Source: an uncultured Gammaproteobacteria bacterium
GTDB lineage: Bacteria > Patescibacteriota > Patescibacteriia > SG8-24
NCBI GenBank assembly: GCA_964491475.1
Contig: CAZBFO010000002.1
Coordinates: 144,501-208,500, forward strand
DNA: 64,000 bases
Reading direction: 5' to 3'
Shown: piece by piece, positions 51,101 to 64,000 of the stretch
Numbering within the stretch: position 1 is the stretch's first letter
How the letters are laid out: each line of letters opens with the position of its first letter
Position numbers and translations under genes: made by a program
The notes under the pieces: model-generated
The model's input: only the letters and a program-made list of their open reading frames with translations
Told to the model about the DNA's origin: nothing
Databases searched by the model: none

Positions 51101-54100
51101 CGCGTCACGCGCCTGCGCCCGTTCCACTTCCGTTTCACCGAGCCGAGTTTTGAAGTCGACATCAGCTGCGGCATCTGCGGCGGCACCGGCAAGCTGGAAG
51201 ACGGAGCCAAGTGCCGTCTCTGCAAGGAGGGTTGGTTGGAACTCGGCGGCGCCGGCATGGTCCATCCGAACGTGCTAAAGGCCTGCAAGATCGACCCCGA
51301 AACGTATGGCGGTTTCGCCTTCGGTTGGGGAGTGGAGCGCACCATGGCCATGAAGTCCGGCGTGCGCATCGACGACATCCGCGTGCTCTACAAGAGCGAC
51401 TTCCGTTTCCTGCGCCAGTTCTAGCGCCTGCGGCCTTGCAATATGAACATTCTCGCATCGTACAACTGGATCAAGGAATACGTGGCCCTCAAGGAGTCGC
51501 CCGAAGCTTTCGCGCGCAGACTTGCGCTGTCCGGCCCGGCACCGGAGCGCCTGTATCCGCAGGCTCTGCCGTACGACAAGATGGTTGTCGGGCAGATTAA
51601 GGAAGTGAAGGCTCACCCGAACCCTAAGGTCACCAAGCTCCGTGTGGTCGCTGCCGACATCGGCGAGGCGCAACCGTTGGAGTTGGTTTGCGGCGGTTCA
51701 AATTTGGAAGTGGGCATGAAGGTCGTCGTCGCGCTGGTCGGCGCAAAGGTGAAGTGGCATGGTCAGGGCGATCTTATCGAACTGCAGCCGGCCGTCATTC
51801 AAGGCATCGAGTCCAAGGGCATGATTTGCGGCGCCAACGAAATCGGTCTGGCCGACGCCTTCCCGCACGCCGAGCGCGAAATCATGGACGTGAGCTGGCT
51901 CAAGGCCAAACCCGGGACCTCACTCGCCAAGGCGCTCGACCTCGATGACACCGTTTTCGACATCGAAGTCACTACCAACCGCCCCGACGCCTACTGCATG
52001 GTCGGCCTCGCTCGCGAGGCGTCCGCCGTGCTCGGCGCCAAGTTCCTGTGGCGCGAACCCGTCGTGCCGTCGATGGCCAAGGGCATGACGGCCATGGAGC
52101 TGCACGTCAAAGTGAGCGCTTCCAAAGTCTGCACGCGCTACCAGGCCGTCGTCATGACCGACGTGACCGTCGGTCCGTCGCCGTGGTGGCTCAAGCGCCG
52201 CCTTATCCAGTCCGGCCTGCGCCCAATCAACACCGTGGTCGACATCACCAACTACGTCATGTTGGAGTACGGGCAGCCTTTGCATGCATTCGATTACGAT
52301 CAACTTGCCGGCCACTCCATCGTGGTTCGCAACGCCAAGGAAGGGGAGAAGATCCTGATGCTCGACGGCGTTGAGCGCACGCTCAAGACTTCCAACGTGG
52401 TGATTTGCGACGCCGACAAGCCGATGGCCGTCGCCGGCGTCATGGGCGGCGAAAACTCCGGCGTCCACGAGAACACCAAGACCATCGTGTTCGAGGCCGC
52501 CACCTTCGATGCCGTTTCCATCCGCCGCACCGCTCGCTCGCTGGGCGTGCAGACCGATTCGTCGCTGCGCTACGAGAAGGGCTTGCCCGAAGACCTCACC
52601 GCCGCTGCGCTCGCGCGTGCCGTGGAGCTGTGCCAGGAAGTCGCCTGCGGCCGCGTGGCCAGCAAGGTGTTCGACGAACGCTCGGTCGCCCACAAGAAGG
52701 TGAAGTACTCCTTCCGCCCCGAAAAGGCCGAAGCGCTGATCGGCATCACCATCCCGCCCAAGGACATGAAGAAGATTCTGGTCTCGCTCGGCTTCGGCGT
52801 GAGCGGTGCGGGCAAGAAGTGGGACGTGACCGTGCCGTATTGGCGCGAGAAGGACATCGAAGGGGAGCGCGACTTCACTGAAGAGATCGCCCGCGTCTAC
52901 GGTTACGCCAACCTCCCGTCGGTGATGCCCACCGGCGAGATTCCCACTTACGGCTTCGACGCGCTGCTCGACGACGAAGATCGCGCCAAGCGCTTCTTCA
53001 AGGGCGTGGGCTGCACCGAGCTCATCAACTACTCGCTGGTGCCCGCGGCACATCTCGAGAAGTGCGGATTCAAGTTGGCCGACGCCATCCGCATCGCCAA
53101 CCCGCTCTCCGCCGACTTCGAGTACCTCCGCATGAGCCTGCTCCCCGGTTTCCTCCAGACGATTCAGGAGAACCAGGGCTTGTTCCCCGAAGGGAAAATC
53201 TTCGAGGTCAGCAACGTCTATTGGAAAAAAGAAGGCGACCTCCCCGATGAAATCCTGGCAATGGCCGGCGCGGTCTACGGACCGTACGACGACGACCGCC
53301 TGTTCCGCGAGGCCAAAGGACTGTTCGAGGCCTATGCCGCCGAGGTCGGCGTGCGCGTGGCCTATGAGCGCATGAGCGGCGGCCCGCAGCACCCCGGCCG
53401 CGCCGTGAAGATTCTCGCCGACGGCGAGTTCGTGGGTTGGATCGCCGAAACGCACCCCAACGTCTGCAAGAAGTTCGGCGTCGACTGCCGCGTGGCGGCA
53501 TTCGAAGTGCCGCTGGCCAAGTTCCTGACCCACCGCAGCACCCACGCCAAGTACGTCCCTATCCCGCTGTTCCCCCCGGCCAAGCGCGACCTGGCGCTGC
53601 TGGTCGAAGAGAAGGCGGAGTTCGGCGGCATGTACGAGGCGCTGCTCACCGGCAGCGCGTTGCTCAAGGACGTCGAGCTGTTCGACGTCTATCGAGGAAA
53701 AGGAGTTGAGCCCGGAAAAAAGAGCCTGGCGATGCACCTGACTTTCGCGGACAACGAGCGCACGCTCACCGCCGAGGAGGTCGACGCGGCGATTACGTCG
53801 CTGACTGGAGCCCTAAAAGAGAAGTTCGGCGCGACGGTGCGGGGTTGACACCCGCGCCGTTTTCGTCTATTTTGATTGGCAACGAAAGCGAGGTTCTTTC
53901 AATGGAAAACCATCCTGTCGTACAGGCGGCGCTGGAGGGTGCGAGAATGGACGTATTGTGGCTGCTCATTGCCCTTCTGATGGTGGTATCAGTTCCGCTG
54001 TATCTCATGAACCGGGCCGCTGCATGGTCCGAACAGACTTGGAACGTGCTGGCCGTCGGCACCGTGCTCGAGACGGTCGTGGCACCGATGCCGCACCTCG

Positions 54101-57100
54101 GCACGGTTCCCGACGACTCGTATCCGGGCACGAGGGAAGTGCAGACGGTCATCACCTTCACGGATGGCAGGCGCATCGCCATCTGCGGGAACTACTCCGT
54201 CGATCTCGAGCAGGGCGCGTACGTGGTCATCTCGCAAAACGGTTCCTGCCGATTGCGCATCGACCGCCCGGCTGCGGAGCAGCCGATGGGGGTGTACCGT
54301 GGCTGACACCGGCTTCGTCGGCGGGCTTCTGCTCGCCTGCGCCGTCGGCATCGCGCTGGTCACCGTGGCCACGTTGGCGCTCATCCGCATCGGCGGCCGG
54401 CGCTGGCGGGTGGTGGGCGAAGGCGTCGTCGACCGCACCGAGCTTCACGAAGTGCCCGCCGGCGTCACGCCGATGGAGAACGGCTTCATCTCGCCGCCGG
54501 TGTCCATGAACATGGTGCGGTTTGCCGACGGCTCCCGCGTCGAGATTCCGCACGAGCAGGTCTCGCGCTGCGAGAAGGGCAAGCGCATCCGCGTCAGCCG
54601 CAACTGGCTGGGGGAGCTGCGCATCGAGGACGTGCAGTGACTTTGGGACGGCGATCGCCGTCCTTTTTCTTTTGCGCAGTTGCGTACCCCCTCCGGGCCC
54701 GTGCTATACTTGCCCCGTACAAACCTGTCCCCCTCATTTATGCTCATCGAGACGAGCAAAGACCTGCTGTTCGTGGTCCTGGCGTTCTGCGCGCTGTGGC
54801 TCACCGTCTTCGCGCTCTGGCTGATGTACTACGTCATCGCCATCGTCCGCGACGCCGAGGCGCTCATCCGCCAGATCAAGGGTGCCGTCGGCAAGGTGGA
54901 CGCCCTGGCACACGTCGCCCACGAGAAGATGGAGCGCTCGGCGGCCTCGCTCACGCTCATCGCCCAGGCGGTGAAGGAGCTGATCGTCTGGGGCATCCAG
55001 GAGCGCGCCAAGACTTCGGCCCCCAAGTCCTCGCGAAAAAAGTAGTTTGACAGCGCCGAAAGGGGACGTCACGATGCAAGTGGCGTCCTTTTTTTTGCGG
55101 CTTACGGAGGCTGTCATGGCTGACGAGAATGGTAACGGCGATAACGACGGCGACGAAAACGATGAGCGTACCCCTCTGCAGGAACGGCTTCATCGGCTGC
55201 AGGGACTGGTGATGCAGCACGCGCTCCCGCACGTGCGGGCGGAGGTGCGGAAGCACATTGCCGAATTGCATCTGGTGCCCGAGCGCGTCGACTTGATCGT
55301 GGACGAGATGCGTCAGGAAATCGAGGCGCAAGGCGCGACGCCCGAAGAAGTCGAGGAAGCCGTCGCTGTCGGGCGCGAAAATCTGCTCCAGATGGGACGC
55401 GGCGAACCGGGTCCCGTCGAGGAGATTGTCGGCATGGTGCTGCTTGAAGTCGCGCCGAAGGTGGTCGTCGCCTGGGTCAACGTCCTGGGCACCTATGCCA
55501 GCCGCCGTGACGGTCTCGCCTGGTTGCGGCTTTCGACCCTCGGTCCCGACATGCTGCCCCTGGGCGACAAGGAGTGCGACCAGGAGTTCGATGAGGAATT
55601 CAATCAGGATTCTCCCATCGACGGCGCGGCCGCCCGTGCCATCCTGCGCGACATTCGCGCCTCGCTGCCCGCAGGCAAAACCCTGCCGGAAGACATGATT
55701 CAGGCCCTTGATCTCGCTTGGAGCATCATGGTCGTTCCTTAGTTTTTTACCGGCTTGTAGCCGGTTTTTTGCTGCGGAGCCTGACCGTTGACAGGAGCCG
55801 CGGAACGTGCCAAGGTCAGACGTCCTGCTTGAGAAAGGAGGACGAAATGTTCGAAAAAAGGCCTTACGAGTGGGTGGAGGAACTCATCGCCATCTTGGAG
55901 TCAGATCAGGTCGTGCCGCCGAAGCACGTCGTCCGCGTCGACCTGTACCGCTTGCATCTGGAAATGGCTCTCGACGTCCTTCGGGACGAACTGGATCGTT
56001 GGCGGTCCGCCGGCAAGCCGGCCAACCTGATGCGTCCTTCGGACCTGTCCGACGAAGCGGCAGACGCATTCTGCTGTTCTCTGAAGAAGGCGTCCTGGTG
56101 CGCATTCATGCCCGCGCGTGACAACGACGATTTTGCCTCGTCCGGAGTCATCGAGGTTGGCGAGACGGTCGCGGTGAGCGGCATCGTCTCCGTCGCGGCA
56201 CAGCCGATTTTTTCGCAAACGGCCGCGTCACGTCGCGGCGGGCGGTCCTAGTGGCCGCTTTTTTTATTTTCTGCGGCGGCACCGTTGACAGTCAGCCCGT
56301 TTTCTGCCATGGTGAGGAGCGTATGAACGACAACGTCATGCACAAGCCGACTACGTCGATCGCCCAGGACTGCGTCCTTGGTACTTTCGTCGTGTTGTCG
56401 GCCCGCATGGCGCCTGATCGCGAGTAATCCTCGCGCATATCAGACGGCAAGCGGTCCGGAAAACACCGGACCGCTTTTGTTTCTGCCGCTGCTCCATGGG
56501 GGAGTGCGGAGGTACAAGGGCTCATCGCAGTTCCTTCGAAAACGGAGTAACGCATGCATCCGACATTCGTCTATGTGCTGTTCACGGCACTTTGGGGCGC
56601 GGGCATGGGAGCAACGGCCACCACTTACTCGCCGAACCTCCTGGCTCACGGGCTCTCGCTCTCGGACGTCGCGGCGGTCAACCTGTTTTTCTGGGTTTCC
56701 GTCTCGGTCTCGGAGCTGCCGACCGGCCTGTTCGCGGACGGAAAGGGGAGGGCTTGGTCGGTCCGCGCAGGCGCGCTCGTCCACGTCATCGGCTCCTTCG
56801 GTTACGCCACGGCGACGACCTTCTGGCAGGCGGTCCTGTGGGAGTGCATCATCGGCGTCGGCATCGCCTTCCTTTCGGGGGCGCAACAGGCGTGGCTCAC
56901 GGATGCGCTCATCAAGCGCGGCGAGGCGCACCTGATCAGCCGGGCCTTCGGTACAGCCGCCGCAACTCGGGCAATGGCCGCGATCGTCTCCGGTACGCTG
57001 GGCGCGCTGCTTGGCGTTCTCGACCTGCGTCTCGGCTGGGTGCTCTCGGGAGTGCTGCACGTCGGCGCGGCTTACGTGGCCTTCCGCTGCATGAACGGCG

Positions 57101-60100
57101 ACGGCGAACCGGAGAAGCGCATGACCGAACGTCAGGCGTTCGCGGCCAGCTTTACCGCCACGCGGCGCATCCGCGGCCTCGGCTGGGCCATGGTCATGGC
57201 CATCGTCTTCGGCTTCGTCCTGCCGTTCAATCATTTCTGGGCCCCGTTCTTCAACGCGAAGGTCGGCCAGGCAGGAATGTCGTACGTCTGGGCACCGCTG
57301 ATTCTCGGCGTGGTCATCGGCGGACTGGCGGTGCGGCGCGGCGGCTTCCTTGCCGGCGCCGACCGGCGCGGCATCGTGGTGAGCCATCTCGTTTCGGGCG
57401 GCGGATTGGTCGTCGCCGGGCTGTGCTCCGGTTTCGCCGTGCCGTTCCTCGCCTGCATCGTCCACGAAGTGGGCAGGGGAATGTACGAGCCGCTGATGGA
57501 CGCCTACGTCCAAAAGCGGGTCGAGTCCGGCTACCGCGCCACCTACGCCTCGGTGCAGTCGCTGATTCAGCGCGCGGGGTTCGCCGTCATCCTTGGCGGC
57601 GTCATCCTGTGCACCAGGAACAAGCCTTCGAACGTCGAGACGGTCTCGGTCACGTGGGCCGTTTCCGGCGCGCTGATGTGCGTCTGCGCGGTCGTCGGCT
57701 GGCTGGCGTGCCGCACGAAGACCAAGTCCGTCGCGGAATCGACAGTCTGACTGAATGCCCTCCCATGCGGAGGGTTTTTCTTTTCTGCTGCCCGCAACAA
57801 AAAAGAGCCTCGATTGAGGCTCATCGGTCAGAAGTCGCAGACCGTGTACGGCTTCATCACCGGGTGCGCGGCGAAGAAGGCACGCAGCTGCCCTTCGTCG
57901 AGCTGCCGGCGGCCGAGCCGTTCGGGCTGGCGCATGATCTCTTCGCCCAGGGCGCGGACTACGTTGCGGTTGGTCTGCACCACCGACTGGGCGCAGTACT
58001 GCGCGGCGCGGACGTCGTCCATGAAGTCCAGGATGTCCTTCTCGTTTTCCAGCGCTCTCATGCCGCGCTCGGCGGCGATCGGGTCGTCGGTGTAGCGGCC
58101 CATCAGCGCGCGCGTGGCTTCCCTGCGGTCGGAGCCGCTGGAATCGGACTGCCTCTTGAGCAGCTCTTCTTCGGCGGAAGCCCCGGCATACATGATGACG
58201 GCGATGCCAAGGGCGTCGGCGCGCACGTCGGGACGGATGGTCACGTCCACGTCCGACTGTCCGTAGAGCGTATCTGCGGCGTCGCGGGGCACGGCGACAT
58301 ACACCTTGGTGGAATGCACCGAGCCGGCGCCGTGCAGCGTCACCGAGGCCACCACGTGGGCGGCTTCGTGCAACGCGGTCACGTTCTGCCTGTCGGCCGA
58401 GACGGGGACGGACTTGCGCGAGGCCCAGTTGACCGCGTCCGTCACCAGCTGCAGCGTTGGCCCGTGCATGAACACCAGCAGGGTCACGAGCAGCAGCCCG
58501 ATGATGGCGAGACGGATGGCTATTGCGGGCGGGATGCTTTTGCGCACGATTGCTCCTGTGCGGCGAGAGGAAATGAGCTGCGAGCAGTGAACGCCAAAAT
58601 CGGCCGCATGTCAATGCCGCGAAGCCCGGCGCGCCGGACAAAAAACCGCCCCGAAGGGCGGTTTTGCTTTCTGCTCACAGTTCCTTTATGTCGCGGCGAA
58701 GGTTCTCGATCTTCTCGTCATCGGCCGCGGCACTGGCGGCTTCCGGCGTGGGAGTGTAGCGTTCGCCGCGCTCGAATCGGGTCATGTCGCGCATGAGCTC
58801 GTCGAACGACATCGATTCGCGCTCCTGCGCCAGGCGCCCGGCTTCGCGGATGGAATCGTCGAACCGCGAATAGAGCCGTCGGATCTCCGCCTTTGCGGCC
58901 TCGGGAAGGTTGCCAAGCTCTTCTTCGAGGCGCTTCTTGCGCCCCTCGGCAAACCCGACCTGGCTCTTCGTCCACTTCCGGAGACGCGCGGCTACGGCCT
59001 CTTTCTCTTCATCGGTCATGCCCTCGGTCTTCTTGGGGTCATTGACCAGATCCAGCACGTCGAGGTTCTCCTCGATGAAGAGACGGTCGCCGCCCTCGAG
59101 GTATCCTTCCGGATCGGTGCCGGACTCGCCAAGGTCGGCGAGGGCGACGGCGCGGGCGATGACGGACGATTCGCCGTCCAGCTTCGGCTGCTTGACGGTC
59201 CCGGCGGCAACGTCCCATCCGGGGACGGTCGCATCGAGCGCCTCGCGCAGCACCGCTCGGTGCTCTTCCGTGAACACTTCGGGCTGGCCGGCATCGCGCC
59301 GCTGCTGATTGACACGGTCCATGTAGGCGATGGCACCGTCGGCGCTGGCAGCCTCGTTACGTTCCGCGAAGCGCTTGCGGAATTCCTTGGCGCCGCCTCG
59401 CGCGCTGTTGTCGATCGTTTCCCAGTCCTGCACGGTGTCGTGGTTGCTGGCGGCGAGCCGGCCGATGGCCACCGTCTCGTCGCTGACCATTTCCGGGGCG
59501 GCATTGCGCACGGCCTGCAGCACGAGTTCGGTCCGCTTCACGACGCCGCCGGTGTGCTTGGTGTCGTGGAACGTGAGCCGCTCGCGGTTCCGCGGCTTCT
59601 CGAACTTTTCGCGGATGCCGTCGATCGCCTCTTCCACGCCGCGCTCGGTGGCTTGTTCGAGGGCTTCCTTCTTCTCCCGTATCTCCTTTTGTTCGGGATT
59701 TTCGACCTGCGGCTGGCGGCTTTCCGGCGTTGGCTCGGACATATCTTTCGAGAGTGGATGAATACGGCGATATTTTCGCATGCTGACTAGGAAAAGGAAA
59801 GGGGGCATGAAAAAACGCCCCGTGGGGCGTTGGCCGTTTGCGCCTATCGCGTCCAACCGACGGCGGCCAGCGCCTTGCCGATGGGCACGAAGTAGGTGCG
59901 CTTGTTGTCGACCGAAGTGGCGTACAGCATGCCGACCACCCGGCCGTCATCGGTCACCAGCGGCGCGCCGGAGTCGCCGTCGGCCGCGTCGATGTCAATG
60001 CGGATGGCGTCTTTGAGCACGCCGGCCTCGACCGACTTGGCCCTGACGGTGCAGGGCTGAAAACCGTGCCGTTTGCCGAAGTACCAGACGTGTTCGCCGG

Positions 60101-63100
60101 GTTCCGGCCGGTAGTCCGGCGCGACTTTCAGCGGCGTGCTGGGCAGGTCGGTGGCGGTCTCGAACAGCGCGGCGTCCTGCAGCACTTGCACCGCCTTCAG
60201 GGTGCCAGGCACCGCATCGCCGACCACGAAGCCGGGGATTTCCTTGTAGAAAGAGCGCGGATGCACCACCACCGACTTGGCGTCGGCCACCGAATGCGCG
60301 GGCAGCAGCACGTGCCGCGAATCGAGCACGATGCCGATGCCGCCGTGATGCACCTCGCCCGACTTCGGCGTGGCGTCGAGCAGCACGGTGCCCTCGATGC
60401 TGGTTTCCACCAGCTGGATGTTGTCGGTCAGCCATTTCGGCAGCGGACCGGACGAAGCGGCCCGCTGCCGGACGCAGCCGGGCACCGTCAGGGACAGCAG
60501 CAGCGCGAACAGGAAAAGGACCGAGGTTCGTTCCGTTTTTCGCATCAGAAAGATCTCCGAAAGTGTGTCCCTTGCTTAGCATGGGAGGCGCCTGCGGTCA
60601 AACCTGGCAGACCGGCTGGAGCAGGTTGACATCGGCGCTCCCGGATGCTACTAAGACCCCGTGCTTCTCAAGGAGGTTTGAGTTGAACACGACGAAAAAC
60701 ACCGTCCTTTTCCTGCTCTCGTTCGCGCTCATCATGGTCATCGCACCGACGGCGAAAGCCGGCGCGATGTTCATAATGGATCCAGCCGTTCAAGTGCAGA
60801 CTTCGCCGAACACGACCGTTTCGCCGACCCCGCAGCCGGCCGCCACGTCGCCGCCGGAAGCGACCCCGGCACCCGCTGCAGCCCCGCCCGCTGCCGCGCC
60901 GAAAGCTCCGGTGCACAAGGCCGTGCTGCCCGGCAGCATTTCGCCGCGCGATCGCGCCACCACTTGGGACTTGAATCTCGACGGCGCGCTCGGTTGGGCC
61001 CTTCCGGATACCGACGACAGCTGGCGCGACAAGCGCTTCACCGGGTTCGTGCGCGCACGCGCGGGCATCCTGCGCATCCACGACTCCTGGTACTTCTCCG
61101 CCGGACCCACCTTCGAGATGTCGAAGCTGCAGCCCGTCACGTTCGGTTTGCAGGGAGAAGTCATGAACCTCGAGATGGGCGCATGGGTCCAGGCCGGCGC
61201 GCTCTTCGACGGCGGCGCGCACCCGGGAGCGATGGGTGCCATCGGCTGGAGCCTCTTCGGCATCGAGGCCCAGTACCGGGTGTACGACAAGTACAATCTG
61301 GGCGAAGTGCCCGCCGTATACGTCAAGCTCCGCATCCCCATCGGCGTGTTCTTCAGCAAGTACGCCAAGCGGGACAAGCAATAACGCTGTCCGAAATCCG
61401 CCTCTTCTGTGGCGGATTTTTTTGCGCAAAAAAAGACGCGGAAAGTTCCGCGTCTCGTACACGCTACCTCCAGATGATGGAGTTGCGCGAAGGTCCGGTG
61501 GCCACCGCGACCACCTTGGTATTGCAGTATGCCTCGACCATGTCGACGTAGTTCTTGGCGTTTTGCGGCAACGCGTTCCACGAAGTGCAGTCGGCGATGG
61601 GCGTTTTCCATCCCGCCACCTTGGCGTAGATCGGGCGGCATTCGTCCAACAGTCCGGGAACGGCCTTGTGGCTCGGCTTCCTGTCCGGACCCGTGTAGGC
61701 CGTGCAGAAGTCGATGGTCTCGAAGGTCGAGAGCACGTCGAGCTTGGTGAGCACGATGCCGTCGGCGCCGTTGAGCTCGCAGGTGTAGGCGAGCAGCGGG
61801 GCATCGAACCAGCCGCAGCGCCGCGGACGGCCCGTGGTCGTGCCGAACTCGCGGCCCTCCGTGCGCAGCTTTTCGCCAATGTCATCGTCCCGCTCCGTGG
61901 GGAACGGACCGCTGCCGACGCGCGTCACGTACGCCTTGGCGATGCACAGCACTTCGCCGATGGACCGCGGCGGCAACCCGCTGCCGACGCAGGCGCCGGC
62001 CGAAGTAGCATAGGACGAGCTGACGTTCGGATAGGTGCCGAACTCCAGATCGAGCATGGTGCCTTGCGCGCCCTCGAGCAGGATCCTGCCGCCTTTGGCG
62101 TTGACGTCCCTGGCGATGCGGTCGGTGTCCGCGACGTGCCGTTCCAGGCGCCGCGCCGCTCCGTCGATCATCTTCATGATGTCGACGGTCGACGGCAGCT
62201 GCTCCTGCAAGGTGGCGATGTCGGCGAGGTCGCGCATTTTTTGGGCGCGCAGCTCGGCGATGCGCTGCGAGAGCGCGGAGTGGTACCCCAGCAGCTCGCA
62301 GACGCGAATGCCGCGCCGCGCCGCCTTGTCCTCGTAGCACGGGCCGATGCCGCGCCCGGTGGTGCCGATGGCCGTCTTGCCGCGCCGCGCTTCGGCGGCC
62401 CGGTCCAAGAGGGGATGCCAAGGCATCACCAGGTGGGCGTTGGTCGAAAGCGCGAAGTCCTTGGTGTCGACGCCGCGCGCGGCCAGCCCGTCGAGCTCCT
62501 GTACCAGCTGCTGCGGATCGACCACCGCGCCGTTGCCGATGGCGCAGCGGACGCCCGGATGAAAGATGCCCGAGGGCACCTGATGCAGTTTGAAGGTGCT
62601 GCCGTTGATGATGACCGTGTGCCCGGCGTTGGCGCCGCCGTTGTAGCGGATCACCATGTCGTAGCCGCGTTTGGCTACCAGCTCGTCGACGATCTTGCCT
62701 TTGCCTTCGTCGCCGAACTGCGCCCCGACTATCACCGTTGCTGACATGTCTGTCTCCTTGGCTATGAGCCTCAAGGAATGTGCCAGAGACGCACGCTTCG
62801 GTCAACCGTCCACCCTTGACCGGAGGGTCAAAAAATGGTAAATCTCTTGGGTGAACTGCTGGACAAACCCCTTCGGTTCACGTCCTTTCGAAAGGCAAAA
62901 TCATGTCCGTAAACAACGACGAGCAGCAGTCGCCCGAACCGCAGAAGAACGATAAGCCCGTCGTGCAAGAAGCGCGGCAGCTCGCTGTTCGCGCCAAGAC
63001 CGAGCTGGTCGCCTTCCGCACCTACCCCGATGCCGGCTGGCTCGGCGGCGTGTGTGCCGGCATCGCCTACCGCTTCGGCGTGCCGACCTGGATCGTCCGG

Positions 63101-64000
63101 CTCACCTGGTTCCTGCTCTTTGCCTGCGCCGGAGTCGGTTTCGTCCCGTACCTCGTCCTCTGGGTCTTCGTCCCCGAAGCCGGAACGCCCAGCGACTACG
63201 TCGATCGCACCGGCGATCAGGAGGACTGATCATCCGCAGCTTCGTCCGTCCCGGCAAGGGGCGGATTTTTTTGCGAAGATTTTTTACTAAAAAGACGCGG
63301 AGCGCCCGCGTCAGTCGTCAGTGATGTTGAGCCGCGGAGCTGCCGCATCAGTTGCGAGGCTCGCGTTGCGCCAGCCACTTGTCGATGGCCCGCATGATGC
63401 GCGCGTTGCCGTCTTGCGAGTAACGCGCCAGCTTCTTCTCGTAGCGGGGCAAGTTCTCCAAGAAGGTTTCGACAGCACCCGGCTCCTCGATGGATTCCGC
63501 CGCAAGGCCGTACCCCTTGAGCTGCAAGTAGCGCGCGTTCAGCACCTGTTCGAACTGCCCCTCGATGGGCACCGACAGCATCGGCTTGCCCAGGAAGACC
63601 GCTTCGCTCATCAGCGTGAAGCCGCCGCCGGCGATGACCGCGCGGCAAGAAGCCAGATCGTCGATGAACCCGCCTTCGCTGAACGGCTGGTAGCGCAAAT
63701 TGCCGACGACCGCCTCCTTTTTGAGATTGCGGCGCATGCCGTAGATGCGGCATTCCATTCCGGTCTTGCGCAGCGCCTGCGCGAAGGCCTTGTTGCCCTC
63801 GCCGGTGGTGTACACCAGCAGGTGCTTGCCACGACGCTTCTTTGCCGCCGCAGCCAGGATTTCCGGCCGAAGGATCGGCGGGAACAGCTGGGTGTTCTTC
63901 TTGGTGACCTTGGGACGAAAGAACGAGGTGATGAAGTAGTCGTCGCAGCCCGGCAGCTTTCCGCTCACGAACGCCTTGGTGACTTGGTACTCCACCAGGT

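Noticed and set aside
1-64000. CRISPR arrays, integrases, transposases or other mobile-element genes
   Set aside because: No regularly spaced direct repeats were seen. No recombinase-like or transposase-like ORFs were found. The two lower-GC patches lack recognisable mobility genes.

Overview
This 64 kb window is high-GC (about 65%) and gene-dense. It reads like a small-genome, low-metabolism bacterium; Patescibacteria/CPR-like or a reduced actinobacterium is my inference, not a demonstrated fact. The ordinary content is a housekeeping backbone: recG, radA, a clpC-type AAA+ ATPase, htpX, lemA, phosphohexomutase, murI, rseP, pheST, purA, aroK, two MFS transporters, a flotillin, a DsbA, a PspC-domain protein, and three tRNAs (Ser-UGA, Ser-GCU, Arg).

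Five loci look accessory and stand out, in order of interest:
1. Positions 1900-11918 (plus strand) hold a Gram-positive-style minimal type IV secretion (T4SS) operon. It contains a VirB6/TrbL-like polytopic protein with a long charged tail, two unclassifiable acidic proteins, a VirB3/PrgI-like protein, and a VirB4 ATPase that appears split into an N-domain ORF and an ATPase ORF. A membrane-anchored VirB8-like candidate follows, then ComFC. No VirD4, VirB11 or relaxase is visible in the window. That profile suggests a ComB-like DNA-uptake or contact apparatus rather than a conjugative one.
2. Positions 32481-36767 (minus strand) carry three paralogous secreted proteins. They share a signal peptide, a proline-rich linker and a two-helix VirB2/pilin-like membrane module. 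Each carries a different peptidoglycan-cleaving C-terminal domain: GH73 glucosaminidase, lysozyme/SLT-like, and M15 peptidase. They sit in one long minus-strand gene array with DsbA, a TolB-like beta-propeller protein and a small Cys-rich secreted protein.
3. Positions 46907-48251 hold a radical-SAM/SPASM enzyme with an overlapping small ORF. The ORF encodes an acidic, Trp-rich 70-aa peptide and is a candidate RiPP precursor. It lies in a lower-GC patch next to an NYN-domain gene and an HExxH-containing protein.
4. Positions 14578-17240 form a lower-GC islet beside a divergent tRNA-Ser pair. It encodes a transglutaminase-like (papain-fold) protein, a VOC protein and a large hypothetical.
5. 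Two transcription units at about 55784 and 56281 are fronted by a repeated ACCGTTGACAG-N16-CAWGGT promoter-like motif.

Many long antisense ORFs in the track are high-GC artefacts and were ignored. Features and findings are split into two groups for length only.

Features, group 1: positions 2 to 30153.
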